Virus record (IMG/VR): IMGVR_UViG_3300039159_000198
Strand: one strand, 5' to 3'
DNA length: 64,000 bases
Source: a virus
Lineage: Duplodnaviria; Heunggongvirae; Uroviricota; Caudoviricetes
Shown here: piece after piece, positions 56,175 through 64,000 of the stretch
Position numbering within the stretch: the stretch's first letter is position 1
Layout: each line of letters begins with the position of its first letter
Translations under genes and position numbers: made by a program
Notes under the pieces: generated by a model
What the model was told of the DNA's origin: nothing
The model's input: only the letters and a program-made list of their open reading frames with translations
The model's database searches: none

Positions 56175-56577
56175 ATTATTGGGTGTTAAACCTAAAGGTG
56201 AGTTTGAGGTTGTTTATAGTAAATCGGGGACTTGGAATATTAATGTGGGTAAAGATACGACGTATAATGAGTACTGTCATTTTGATATTCTTTACAATGA
56301 TGTTACCAAAAAATATAAATTAGAACATAGAGGTTATAAACCTGAAAGTCATTCACTATTCTCGGATTTGTTTCAGTATATGAGAAAATTAAATGAGGGG
56401 ACCTATTATATTAAGGGGGGTGAACTTTACGATAAACTTCCAACTAAATCAAACGGTAAAGAGGTTAGTTCAATGAATGAAACCGAATGTCAAGCTCATC
56501 TAATTAAAGCGATTGAGGATGAAGATTATGAGTTGGAGGAAAAGATTAGAAAACAATTAAAACAATTTAGAGAGTGA
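56158..56577 (+). CDS. protein with a UVR-like C-terminus
   Basis: MNETECQAHLIKAIEDEDYELEEKIRKQL. Confidence 0.7.
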   Translation: MNWLNKLLGVKPKGEFEVVYSKSGTWNINVGKDTTYNEYCHFDILYNDVTKKYKLEHRGYKPESHSLFSDLFQYMRKLNEGTYYIKGGELYDKLPTKSNGKEVSSMNETECQAHLIKAIEDEDYELEEKIRKQLKQFRE

Positions 56578-57074
56578 ATAATATTGTCAAAATATTTAAC
56601 GAACTAATTCAAATGAAATTATCTCATCAGTTTGGTGAACTATTAGTTGATTGTAAATTAATTGGTCGAGATTATAGTTTTGGAGATTATCGTTATGATT
56701 TGTTGTTTGTTTTTGGGAGAGAATATAACAACAGAGGAGTACAATTAAGATGTGTTTTTGAAACTTGTGATGATTTATTTGATTGGGTTGATTTAACTAT
56801 TGTTCATAATCTTAGCATTGTTATTATGACTAAAGGTAAAACTCAACATTATAGTTATTTTGAATTAATGGACACCATAGGTACAATTGAAAGTTATAAT
56901 TTTCACATCTATCATAAACATCCAAAATATAAAGAATACCTTCAATGGAAAGTTGATAAAATGAATGAGGAACAAAATCGAGAAAAGTACGAAAGACAGG
57001 TTTATGAGAATGAACGTAGAATTCACCAACAATCAGAAACAATTAAACCAAGAAATAAGAGGTTTTTTATTTGA
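56574..57074 (+). CDS. hypothetical protein
   Basis: 166-aa ORF, GTGA overlap. Confidence 0.65.
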   Translation: MNNIVKIFNELIQMKLSHQFGELLVDCKLIGRDYSFGDYRYDLLFVFGREYNNRGVQLRCVFETCDDLFDWVDLTIVHNLSIVIMTKGKTQHYSYFELMDTIGTIESYNFHIYHKHPKYKEYLQWKVDKMNEEQNREKYERQVYENERRIHQQSETIKPRNKRFFI

Positions 57075-57100
57075 TAATATTAAATAATGTATTACCTTTG
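57070..57100 (+). promoter_or_regulatory. Bacteroidota-type promoter (-33/-7)
   Basis: TTTG, 19-nt spacer, TACCTTTG. Confidence 0.7.
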
Positions 57101-57117
57101 TCTGATAAAATAGTGTT

Positions 57118-57837
57118 ATGAGAAAATTTAAAGAATATTTAGTAGGTGGTGCGGTTAGAGATGAAATTTTAGGCCTTTCAAATAAAGATTTGGATTACGT
57201 ATTCGTGTTTGAAGATTTGGATGAAACTCAAACTGCTGATGAATGTTTTAATGAAATGTATAAGAATATTCAAGAAAGAGGGGAGATATTTCTATCAACA
57301 CCAAGTTGCTATACTATTAGGTATAAAGATAAGGTAACCAAAGAAATTAAAGACGTTGTAATGGCTCGTAAGGAGATTGGTTACATTCCGGGAACAAGAA
57401 CACCAATCGTTAAACCGGGAACATTATATGATGACCTTGAAAGAAGGGACGCGACATTAAACGCGTTGGCAAAAGATGAGAATGGAACTATCATTGATTA
57501 CTTCAATGGATTGACTCACTTGAAGGAGGGTATTTTGAGAACACCATTAGACCCGATTAAAACTTTTGATGACGATTCACTTAGAGTCATCAGATTCATC
57601 AGATTTTCTATTACCAAAGGATTTACAATTCCTGGCGATATTAATAGAGTGATTCAAAAATACGATTACGATAATAAAATGGGTGTTGTTTCGACTGAAA
57701 GAATCCGTGAGGAATTATTAAAGTGTTTCAAACACAATACTATGGATACTTTGGATATGTTAAATGAATTTCCAACTTTGAAAAGATATATTTTTGAGAA
57801 TAAATTAATGTGGTTAAAACCTACAATGGAACAATAA
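57118..57837 (+). CDS. class II tRNA nucleotidyltransferase / poly(A) polymerase family protein (compact)
   Basis: YLVGGAVRD, DLDY, DLERRDATLNA, DDSLRVIRFIRF. Confidence 0.88.
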   Translation: MRKFKEYLVGGAVRDEILGLSNKDLDYVFVFEDLDETQTADECFNEMYKNIQERGEIFLSTPSCYTIRYKDKVTKEIKDVVMARKEIGYIPGTRTPIVKPGTLYDDLERRDATLNALAKDENGTIIDYFNGLTHLKEGILRTPLDPIKTFDDDSLRVIRFIRFSITKGFTIPGDINRVIQKYDYDNKMGVVSTERIREELLKCFKHNTMDTLDMLNEFPTLKRYIFENKLMWLKPTMEQ

Positions 57838-57848
57838 TTAATAAAAAG

Positions 57849-57880
57849 TTTGGCAAGTCCAAACTTTTTTTTTACCTTTG
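57849..57880 (+). promoter_or_regulatory. Bacteroidota-type promoter (-33/-7)
   Basis: TTTG, 20-nt spacer, TACCTTTG. Confidence 0.7.
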
Positions 57881-57897
57881 TCGGAAATAAATAAGAT

Positions 57898-58299
57898 ATG
57901 AAAGAACAATTTATAGGTTAGGAGCAATCATTAAAACTTAAAGAATTAGGTTTTGATGAGCCTTGTTTTGGGGTTTTCTATGGAAGTGATGATTTAAAGT
58001 TATTTAATGATTGTCGTTGGGAAGAAAGAACCAATTCTAAATTTTTAATATTTTTTGAAGATAGAGTCGAATTTTGTACCGCAATAACTTGGCAACAAGT
58101 TTTTGATTGGTTTAGAGAGAACTATGGTTATGATATATCAATTAAAAAATTCACACCAAGTGAATATTCATTTGTTATAGAACAGTTGTTTAGAGAGGAT
58201 AATAATTATTATTTTATTGATTTTCCATTTTCGTCTCATCAAGAAGCTCAAACTGAATGTTTAAATAAATTAATTGAGGTAGTAAAACGAAATAAATAA
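57898..58299 (+). pseudogene. hypothetical protein with a single in-frame TAG at codon 8
   Basis: MKEQFIG*EQSLKLKELGFDEPCF... stays open to 58299; TAG at 57919-57921. Confidence 0.75.
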
Positions 58300-58302
58300 G
58301 AT

Positions 58303-58944
58303 ATGATAAATAAAGAAAATCCTATGGAAATGTTGGAACTATTTACTCAAATGATGGGTGGTACAGATTCGATTTCACAATTTTTTGGTGGGTTAACAAA
58401 CAAACCAAAAGTAGTAAATCCGTATGAATCATTAAAGAATGGTTTTGAACTACGTCCAATTGAAGTCTTAGCGGAAGGTGGTCAATTTGTTTTAGATAAT
58501 AAAAATAAGTATTCTCACCTTTATAAAGATGGTATTAAAGTATCTGATGAAATATTCCGTAAAGGAGGTCTTTGCCACGGGTTTAAAGATGGTTATTGTT
58601 CGTTAATACATTATGTTCTTGAAAGAGAGCACGAAGAAAAACGACTTGGGTTCTCCTTTGGTGACCACGTAATTATTAATATTGATGGTAAAATCTGTTT
58701 AACTAAAGACGGTTTGGATGGTCCTTATCACGTTGGTGGTAATGTTGCTTCAGTTGGTAATTACTATTACAATTTACTTACCGGTGAGAAGATTTGTTAC
58801 AGACCATCAACCGTTATTGACGGTGAAGAGTATCTTTATCTTGATAATGGATATAACTTTGATTATTATGAAGTTAAACTTCCGGTCGGTGTTTACAAAT
58901 TGAATAAGATTACGTTAGAATTAACTAAAATTGATGAAATATAA
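58303..58944 (+). CDS. hypothetical protein
   Basis: 213-aa ORF. Confidence 0.75.
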   Translation: MINKENPMEMLELFTQMMGGTDSISQFFGGLTNKPKVVNPYESLKNGFELRPIEVLAEGGQFVLDNKNKYSHLYKDGIKVSDEIFRKGGLCHGFKDGYCSLIHYVLEREHEEKRLGFSFGDHVIINIDGKICLTKDGLDGPYHVGGNVASVGNYYYNLLTGEKICYRPSTVIDGEEYLYLDNGYNFDYYEVKLPVGVYKLNKITLELTKIDEI

Positions 58945-59147
58945 TGGGAAAATTAGGAGAATTTTTAGGGGTAATTGCGATGATAATATTGATTACTATT
59001 TTGATGGCATTACCAACACAATTATTATGGAATGGATGTTTGGTCCGGGCAATTGACGGTTTAAATCCGATTGGGTTATGGCAGACATTCGGGATTAATG
59101 TGTTGTGTCATATTTTATTTAAGAATTCAACAAAATCTAAAGACTAA
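58944..59147 (+). CDS. small membrane protein
   Basis: two hydrophobic segments. Confidence 0.65.
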   Translation: MGKLGEFLGVIAMIILITILMALPTQLLWNGCLVRAIDGLNPIGLWQTFGINVLCHILFKNSTKSKD

Positions 59148-59151
59148 AGTT

Positions 59152-59625
59152 ATGAAAAGAATTTTTATTGATATGGATGGTGTATTGGTTGACTTGGGTA
59201 AAGAATTTGATAAATGGTTTGAGAATAATCCAAATTTAATTCACAAATATAAACATTGTCCTGACCATATTCCGGGAATATTTAGAGACCCGAGTCCGTA
59301 TGATGGTGCGATTGATGCCATCAACAAATTAAAAGAGAGTGGGAAATATGAGTTATTGATTGCGACTGCGGCTCCATGGGGTAATCCTTGTGCTTCAACA
59401 GATAAAAGATATTGGATTGAAAAACATTTTGGTAGATTGTTTCATAAGAAAATGGTTATCACCCATAGAAAAGATTTGTTACTTGGTGATTACCTGATTG
59501 ATGATAGAACTGCTAATGGTGCTGGTGAGTTCACCGGAGAGTTAATACACTTTGGTTGGAACTATGAACAAAAAGTGTGGAATGAATATCCTGATTGGGA
59601 TAGTGTGTTGGAAAAATTATTATAA
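59152..59625 (+). CDS. 5'(3')-deoxyribonucleotidase (HAD superfamily, NT5C-like)
   Basis: IFIDMDGVL, ATAAPW, DKRYWIEKHF, LIDDR. Confidence 0.85.
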   Translation: MKRIFIDMDGVLVDLGKEFDKWFENNPNLIHKYKHCPDHIPGIFRDPSPYDGAIDAINKLKESGKYELLIATAAPWGNPCASTDKRYWIEKHFGRLFHKKMVITHRKDLLLGDYLIDDRTANGAGEFTGELIHFGWNYEQKVWNEYPDWDSVLEKLL

Positions 59626-59633
59626 TAGAAAAT

Positions 59634-60101
59634 ATGGAAAAAAATTTAAAAAATTGTCGCATCTATCTTGATGACATCCGTACTCCGGTTGATAAAGATT
59701 GGGTTGTTGTTAGAAGTTATGAGGAGTTTGTGGAAAAAGTAAATGAGATTGGTTTGACTAACATTGATGCTATTTCGTTAGACCACGATTTGGGGGATAC
59801 TGCTATGAAGGAATATTTTGATAATGTTTCTCCAAACTATACTTTGGATTATAATAATATCCACGAGAAGACAGGTTATGACGCTTCAAAATTTTTAGTG
59901 GGTTTATTTCATATAACTAATGAGGATAGATTTAACATGAGTAGAAGTGAGAAAAAACAACATCAATTTGTATTCCCAAAAGTTTATGTTCATTCACATA
60001 ATCCAATCGGGGCTCATAATATATGTGGTTGGATTAATAATTTTTTGAACAATGAAGGTCAAGACCAAAGTTGTGTGAGAGTAAGAATTGACCATACGTA
60101 A
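59634..60101 (+). CDS. cyclic-phosphate-processing receiver-like domain protein
   Basis: IYLDDIR, ISLDHDLG, TGYD, VHSHNP.G. Confidence 0.7.
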   Translation: MEKNLKNCRIYLDDIRTPVDKDWVVVRSYEEFVEKVNEIGLTNIDAISLDHDLGDTAMKEYFDNVSPNYTLDYNNIHEKTGYDASKFLVGLFHITNEDRFNMSRSEKKQHQFVFPKVYVHSHNPIGAHNICGWINNFLNNEGQDQSCVRVRIDHT

Positions 60102-60154
60102 TTTAAAATGTTATCATAATAAAATAATTAACATCATCTTCAATATTTATTATT

Positions 60155-60487
60155 ATGAAATATATTATTAAAGAAGATAGATTACAAAGTATAGTTAATA
60201 AAGTTTTAGATGATTCCTTCGGTGAGTTGTATGAGGATAAGACATACACTACAGACTCAACGGGTGAATGGTCGACAACTAAGTATTACAAGGAAGGTCG
60301 TCAGTGTGTTATGATATATCGAGATAATCTTGGAATGTTATATGTTGCTAGAGAAATGACATCTCAATTATCAATGTTTGATGTGAATTTACAAAGAGAA
60401 AATTTTATGGTTAAAGATTGGTTTGAATCAAGATATGAATTACCTGTTAGACGAGTTTTGGAGGTATCACTCAAATCAATAAATTAA
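60155..60487 (+). CDS. hypothetical protein (putative late)
   Basis: MKYIIKEDRLQSIVNKVL; TATTTATT at 60144. Confidence 0.7.
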   Translation: MKYIIKEDRLQSIVNKVLDDSFGELYEDKTYTTDSTGEWSTTKYYKEGRQCVMIYRDNLGMLYVAREMTSQLSMFDVNLQRENFMVKDWFESRYELPVRRVLEVSLKSIN

Positions 60488-60515
60488 AAACCCCTACTTT
60501 AATTGAGGGGTTTTT
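60486..60515. terminator. bidirectional intrinsic terminator
   Basis: AAAAACCCCT/AGGGGTTTTT between convergent genes. Confidence 0.75.
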
Positions 60516-60796
60516 CTATTCTTTAACATTAGTTTAATCATACGGATGGTGTCTTTATCTTCTTTTGTTTGGTATGATTTACCTTGAAAATAGGTTAAAG
60601 ATTCCAATAGTTCATCCTCCTCAGTCACAACTTTTTTAACAACCGGTTTCGGAGATACTTTTTCTTTGGGTTGTCTTACAACTCTTTTCGGGGCAACTTT
60701 TTTTGGCTCTTCAAACATTTTGTTAAAGGTGTTGATTGCTGTCCTAGTATTAGGGGATACCGCACGAATCAATAAAAAGGTTAGTAGATTTTCCAT
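60494..60796 (-). CDS. hypothetical basic protein
   Basis: ATG at 60796, downstream of a minus-strand TATCTTTG (60802-60809). Confidence 0.7.
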   Translation of the reverse strand: MENLLTFLLIRAVSPNTRTAINTFNKMFEEPKKVAPKRVVRQPKEKVSPKPVVKKVVTEEDELLESLTYFQGKSYQTKEDKDTIRMIKLMLKNRKTPQLK

Positions 60797-60933
60797 AATA
60801 ACAAAGATACGGAATTCATTTGAGTTGTACAAATAAAAAAACGAAGGTAAAATTTGATATTTTCTACTCTCGTTTATTTGTTGAGAGTAAATGTTACTCT
60901 CGTTATTTTAATTTATTTGTTATATTTATCACT

Positions 60934-62493
60934 ATGAAGTTATTAGAGAATATAAAAAAACTTATTATTGAAGCCTCCAAGAAAAAAATCTTAATGGATA
61001 AGATTGGTTTTAATGAAGAGACTGCTGATATATTAGACCAATTATGTGGTTCATTATCTGTTTGGATGGCAAAGAAAATGGTGGGTAATCCACCAAAAGA
61101 GGGTGTTGAACTTATTGACAAAATGAATAATAATGGGATAATCCAAAAATATCGTCCAACAATTCAATCGATTATGGATTGGATTCGTGTTGGTCTAAAC
61201 GGTAATGTAAAACAATATCAGGATTTATCTTTTTTAGAATTAAATGGTTTATCAAAAGAATGGCACGATAGTTTAGAGGTTGGTCAGGGTGATATCAATT
61301 ATATTGAAAAAAATCCAATTTTATTAGATTTTAGGGATGAGCAAGGTAATGGATTCTATTGGGCCGATTTGGAAACAAAAAATTCTGATGAAGAGTGTGA
61401 TAGAATGGGTCACTGTGGAAGAAGTTCATATGGATATCTATATTCATTAAGACAGGTAATTCCAATTAATAATAAATACAAATTAAATAAATCGGTATTA
61501 ACTGCTGCTATTGGTGAAGATGGTATAATGTATCAATTAAAGGGTCATAAGAACTCCAAACCGGATGAGAAGTATCATCAGTATATTTTACCATTATTTT
61601 TTGTATTAGGTGGTGGTGGAGAAGATGATTATTTAATTCAAGGTTTTGGAACTGAATACGCTTCGGAACAGGATTTCAAACTATCTGATTTACCGGAAGA
61701 AACAATTAAAGAGTTATATCAAAATAGACCTGATTTATTCTCATCAATGAGAATGCAAAGATTATTGGGCAAAATGGGTATTGTTGACGTTGAACAATTA
61801 CCAACAACATTTAGTTTAGAAATAAAACCTGAAGATTTTGAAGATTATATTGATGGTGGTTGGGATAATACATATAAGAATCGTGCAACAGGTGGTTCAA
61901 GAAAAGTTAGTATATTCACAGAAATAATGGAAGGTGACGCTTTTAGTCTATGGAATCAGGATGGATATGAAGACTTCGGTGGTTATTTCCAATATACTAT
62001 TGATGAAGAAACTGAAAAAAAGTTATGGGGCATCGTTAAAACGATGTCAGAAAGGGATGGTGTTGAATTAGACACTGATTTGAATTTACGAGACGCAGTT
62101 GAAAAAGTTGATGATGATTGGGAAATTAGAAACGCTATTAGTGGTGGAATAAACGATGCTGATGCTGATGATTATCTTAATTATTTACAGAATTTAATTA
62201 GAACTGCGTTAGAGACGTATGGTAATGTTTATGAACTTAATGATACAGGTGCTAAAATACAGGTTGATATTGCTGATTTGGTAGATATCAATAACGACGA
62301 AGTTGATGAGATTTTTGAGAATGAATATAGTGAAGTACGAGGGTATAATTATGAGGCTATTTTAGATGGATTGGTTTCATCTGAGTTAATTGAACAGCCA
62401 ACATTTGATATTGACGATAGATGGTATCCATCACCTGATAGTAATGTGGTTAATGAAAATATAAATTATAGGTTAGATGATATTAACATATAA
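60934..62493 (+). CDS. PcfJ-like domain protein with an acidic C-terminus (putative late)
   Basis: EECDRMGHCG...YSLR...QLKGHKNSKP; ATG 60934 follows TATTTATC. Confidence 0.75.
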   Translation: MKLLENIKKLIIEASKKKILMDKIGFNEETADILDQLCGSLSVWMAKKMVGNPPKEGVELIDKMNNNGIIQKYRPTIQSIMDWIRVGLNGNVKQYQDLSFLELNGLSKEWHDSLEVGQGDINYIEKNPILLDFRDEQGNGFYWADLETKNSDEECDRMGHCGRSSYGYLYSLRQVIPINNKYKLNKSVLTAAIGEDGIMYQLKGHKNSKPDEKYHQYILPLFFVLGGGGEDDYLIQGFGTEYASEQDFKLSDLPEETIKELYQNRPDLFSSMRMQRLLGKMGIVDVEQLPTTFSLEIKPEDFEDYIDGGWDNTYKNRATGGSRKVSIFTEIMEGDAFSLWNQDGYEDFGGYFQYTIDEETEKKLWGIVKTMSERDGVELDTDLNLRDAVEKVDDDWEIRNAISGGINDADADDYLNYLQNLIRTALETYGNVYELNDTGAKIQVDIADLVDINNDEVDEIFENEYSEVRGYNYEAILDGLVSSELIEQPTFDIDDRWYPSPDSNVVNENINYRLDDINI

Positions 62494-62496
62494 ATT

Positions 62497-62526
62497 AAAT
62501 CCGGGATTGATATTCCGGATTTTTTT
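62497..62526 (+). terminator. intrinsic terminator
   Basis: AAATCCGGGA/TTCCGGATTT plus T-run. Confidence 0.75.
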
Positions 62527-62559
62527 ATTTAATATTATGATGTGAAAAACTAATATAAA

Positions 62560-62841
62560 ATGAAAGAAGAAAAAAAAAAACAAACAAGAAAATTGAATGA
62601 ACATATTGAATCCGAGTTATTTAATAAAGAAAACAAAGAAACTCCAAAGGTGATTAAAGATGGTGTGCAAACACCAGCAAAAAAGAAAAAACCGTACTAC
62701 AGAAAAAGATATAACAAACCAAAACCTGTTGAGGAGATTATCCCGGAAATTGTTGAAACAAAAAATTACTTTATTCATGGGGTTATTGTGGGTATGGTTG
62801 TTGGGGGAATTATTCTTGGAATTATTGAATATTTAAACTAA
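62560..62841 (+). CDS. small basic protein with a C-terminal TM
   Basis: KKKPYYRKRY and a hydrophobic C-terminus. Confidence 0.65.
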   Translation: MKEEKKKQTRKLNEHIESELFNKENKETPKVIKDGVQTPAKKKKPYYRKRYNKPKPVEEIIPEIVETKNYFIHGVIVGMVVGGIILGIIEYLN

Positions 62842-62845
62842 TATT

Positions 62846-63238
62846 ATGGAACAAATACATATTCAAATAGATAAAATTGAATCGGTGAGAATAAGAATGG
62901 AGAAAAAAACAGATTATAAATGGTTTGTTGCTGTCCCACCAAAAGAAAAGTTATTATTTGGGTTTATCCCAATTGGAATGACTCAAGGAATACCTTCCGG
63001 TTGGTCAACGGATTGGAATGAATCTCATGGTTATTTAAGACGCAGTTTAGATTATTTTGATACAACAACACATCGAATTAATAATGATTTAGAAGTTTCA
63101 ATATTGCCTAATATTATAATTTATTTGAGTAATGGTCACTCAATATCCCAAGTGTTTGATACGGATAATGAAGCTCAAGATTTTGTTGGGAAAATGTTAA
63201 TAAAAACAAAAAAAGAATTTCAAGTAATTGTACAATAA
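62846..63238 (+). CDS. hypothetical protein
   Basis: 130-aa ORF. Confidence 0.65.
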   Translation: MEQIHIQIDKIESVRIRMEKKTDYKWFVAVPPKEKLLFGFIPIGMTQGIPSGWSTDWNESHGYLRRSLDYFDTTTHRINNDLEVSILPNIIIYLSNGHSISQVFDTDNEAQDFVGKMLIKTKKEFQVIVQ

Positions 63239-63320
63239 GTTATGGAAAAAAGATTAGGAAAAATTGAGGATGTTAAATTTGGTCTTGGTGGTTATCAGGG
63301 GGCTATGATTGGTATTCACG

Positions 63321-63632
63321 TTACATTACAGACAAAATACCTAAATTCATTGAACATACCATAAATATTTCCCAATCGTGACGTGTATTAATCCATTCCT
63401 TTAATACTTCCCTACTTTCTTCGGGGGTTAATCCCATAAAATTATCTAAAAATGACCAAATTTCATTATAATTTACACCAATAGTTTTAGTTTTTGTGTT
63501 GTAACGATATATTAACTGATTATCTTTTATAGAATATATATAATTTTTTTCTTTATCTGTTTCAAATAAAGTATGTCCCGAATATTCTTTATTGAGGTAG
63601 TTAATGATTGTATTTTTTAGTTTATCTGTCAT
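63321..63632 (-). CDS. hypothetical protein, tandem paralog A
   Basis: MTDKLKNTIINYLNKEYSG...IWSFLDNFMGL. Confidence 0.75.
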   Translation of the reverse strand: MTDKLKNTIINYLNKEYSGHTLFETDKEKNYIYSIKDNQLIYRYNTKTKTIGVNYNEIWSFLDNFMGLTPEESREVLKEWINTRHDWEIFMVCSMNLGILSVM

Positions 63633-63988
63633 TTGTTTCTAATTTGAATTGTTACTCTACCTCGTCATTAATATCAAAAAGATAAATAAACGTTGTTATT
63701 ACCCCCCAATTTGAATTGTTCCTCCACCCATTCCTTCGTTAAAGTTTTTATTTCATCGTATTCTAACCCAAAAAAAGATTCCAATAATGACCAAATTTTA
63801 TCGTATGAGATGTAAACAAATCCATTTTTTTTATCGTAATAAAAAATAACCTTACTATTTTCCATAAAAAATATGTGGTTCTCCCATTTATTTGTTTCAT
63901 AGAGAACAAGTCCCGAATATTCTTTATTCAGGTAGTTAATAATTTTATGTTTTAATTTATCGGTCATTTGTTTCTAATTTGAATTGTT
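63575..63988. repeat. tandem duplication unit (~335-nt period)
   Basis: GTCATTTGTTTCTAATTTGAATTGTT is exactly repeated at 63628-63653 and 63963-63988; TCCCGAATATTCTTTATT recurs in both genes. Confidence 0.8.
63674..63967 (-). CDS. hypothetical protein, tandem paralog B
   Basis: MTDKLKHKIINYLNKEYSG...IWSLLESFFGL. Confidence 0.75.
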   Translation of the reverse strand: MTDKLKHKIINYLNKEYSGLVLYETNKWENHIFFMENSKVIFYYDKKNGFVYISYDKIWSLLESFFGLEYDEIKTLTKEWVEEQFKLGGNNNVYLSF

Positions 63989-64000
63989 TCTCGACCCTCA

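Noticed and set aside
10067-57921. Stop-codon reassignment suggested by in-frame stops (TAA 10067, TGA 36603, TAG 57919)
   Set aside because: Three different stop codons are involved, the expected residues differ (probably Gln, Cys and Tyr), and two are in mobile endonuclease genes. Long genes are intact under code 11 and TAG ends several real genes. These are nonsense mutations or errors.
3722-61121. Short track ORFs antisense to, or nested in, longer genes (for example 3722, 3920, 6760, 7396, 12677, 13623, 15454, 22015, 23965, 27090, 29409, 30156, 30365, 31944, 33269, 36020, 36217, 36770, 37261, 37947, 40181, 40983, 41216, 41229, 42586, 43476, 50224, 50733, 53163, 54155, 56830, 58718, 60903)
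   Set aside because: They overlap well-supported genes, have no recognisable motifs, and show the F/L/I/S-rich composition of shadow frames in AT-rich DNA.
1-64000. CRISPR array
   Set aside because: No run of equal-length repeats with unique spacers was seen. The 52819-52869 repeats are only 6-8 nt with no spacers.

Overview
Very AT-rich, gene-dense and mostly + strand window, most likely part of a large (jumbo-type) tailed phage of a Bacteroidota host. Support: many Bacteroidota-type TAnnTTTG (-7) / TTTG (-33) promoters, a Bacteroidota-like sigma-70, no rRNA or ribosomal-protein genes, and many homing endonucleases. It encodes DNA repair and modification genes (SbcD/SbcC-like, three methyltransferases), a probable lysis cluster, DnaJ, thioredoxin, glutaredoxin, ThyX, SmpB, a CCA-adding-type enzyme, Nudix, DHH and HAD hydrolases, an APS-kinase/nucleotidyltransferase pair, and many acidic putative late proteins. 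Mobile DNA: an IS1595 transposase at the left edge, a remodelled IS200/IS605 element, two inteins, and several decayed endonuclease genes. Best leads: (1) an RNA island at 43.2-45.3 kb with three aberrant tRNA-shaped RNAs (one circularly permuted, YrlA-like), two pseudoknots and a ~890-nt GOLLD-like RNA directly upstream of smpB; (2) an atypically split intein (29-aa IntN, 122-aa IntC) in the SbcC Walker A motif, with an endonuclease remnant between the halves; (3) an IS200/IS605 element whose TnpB N-terminus is replaced by another nuclease; (4) a probable protein-plus-repeat-RNA pair at 52.1-52.9 kb; (5) a degenerate MetK-like protein. All family calls are by-eye motif recognition; no searches were run. 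Several frameshifts fall in homopolymer runs and may be sequencing errors.
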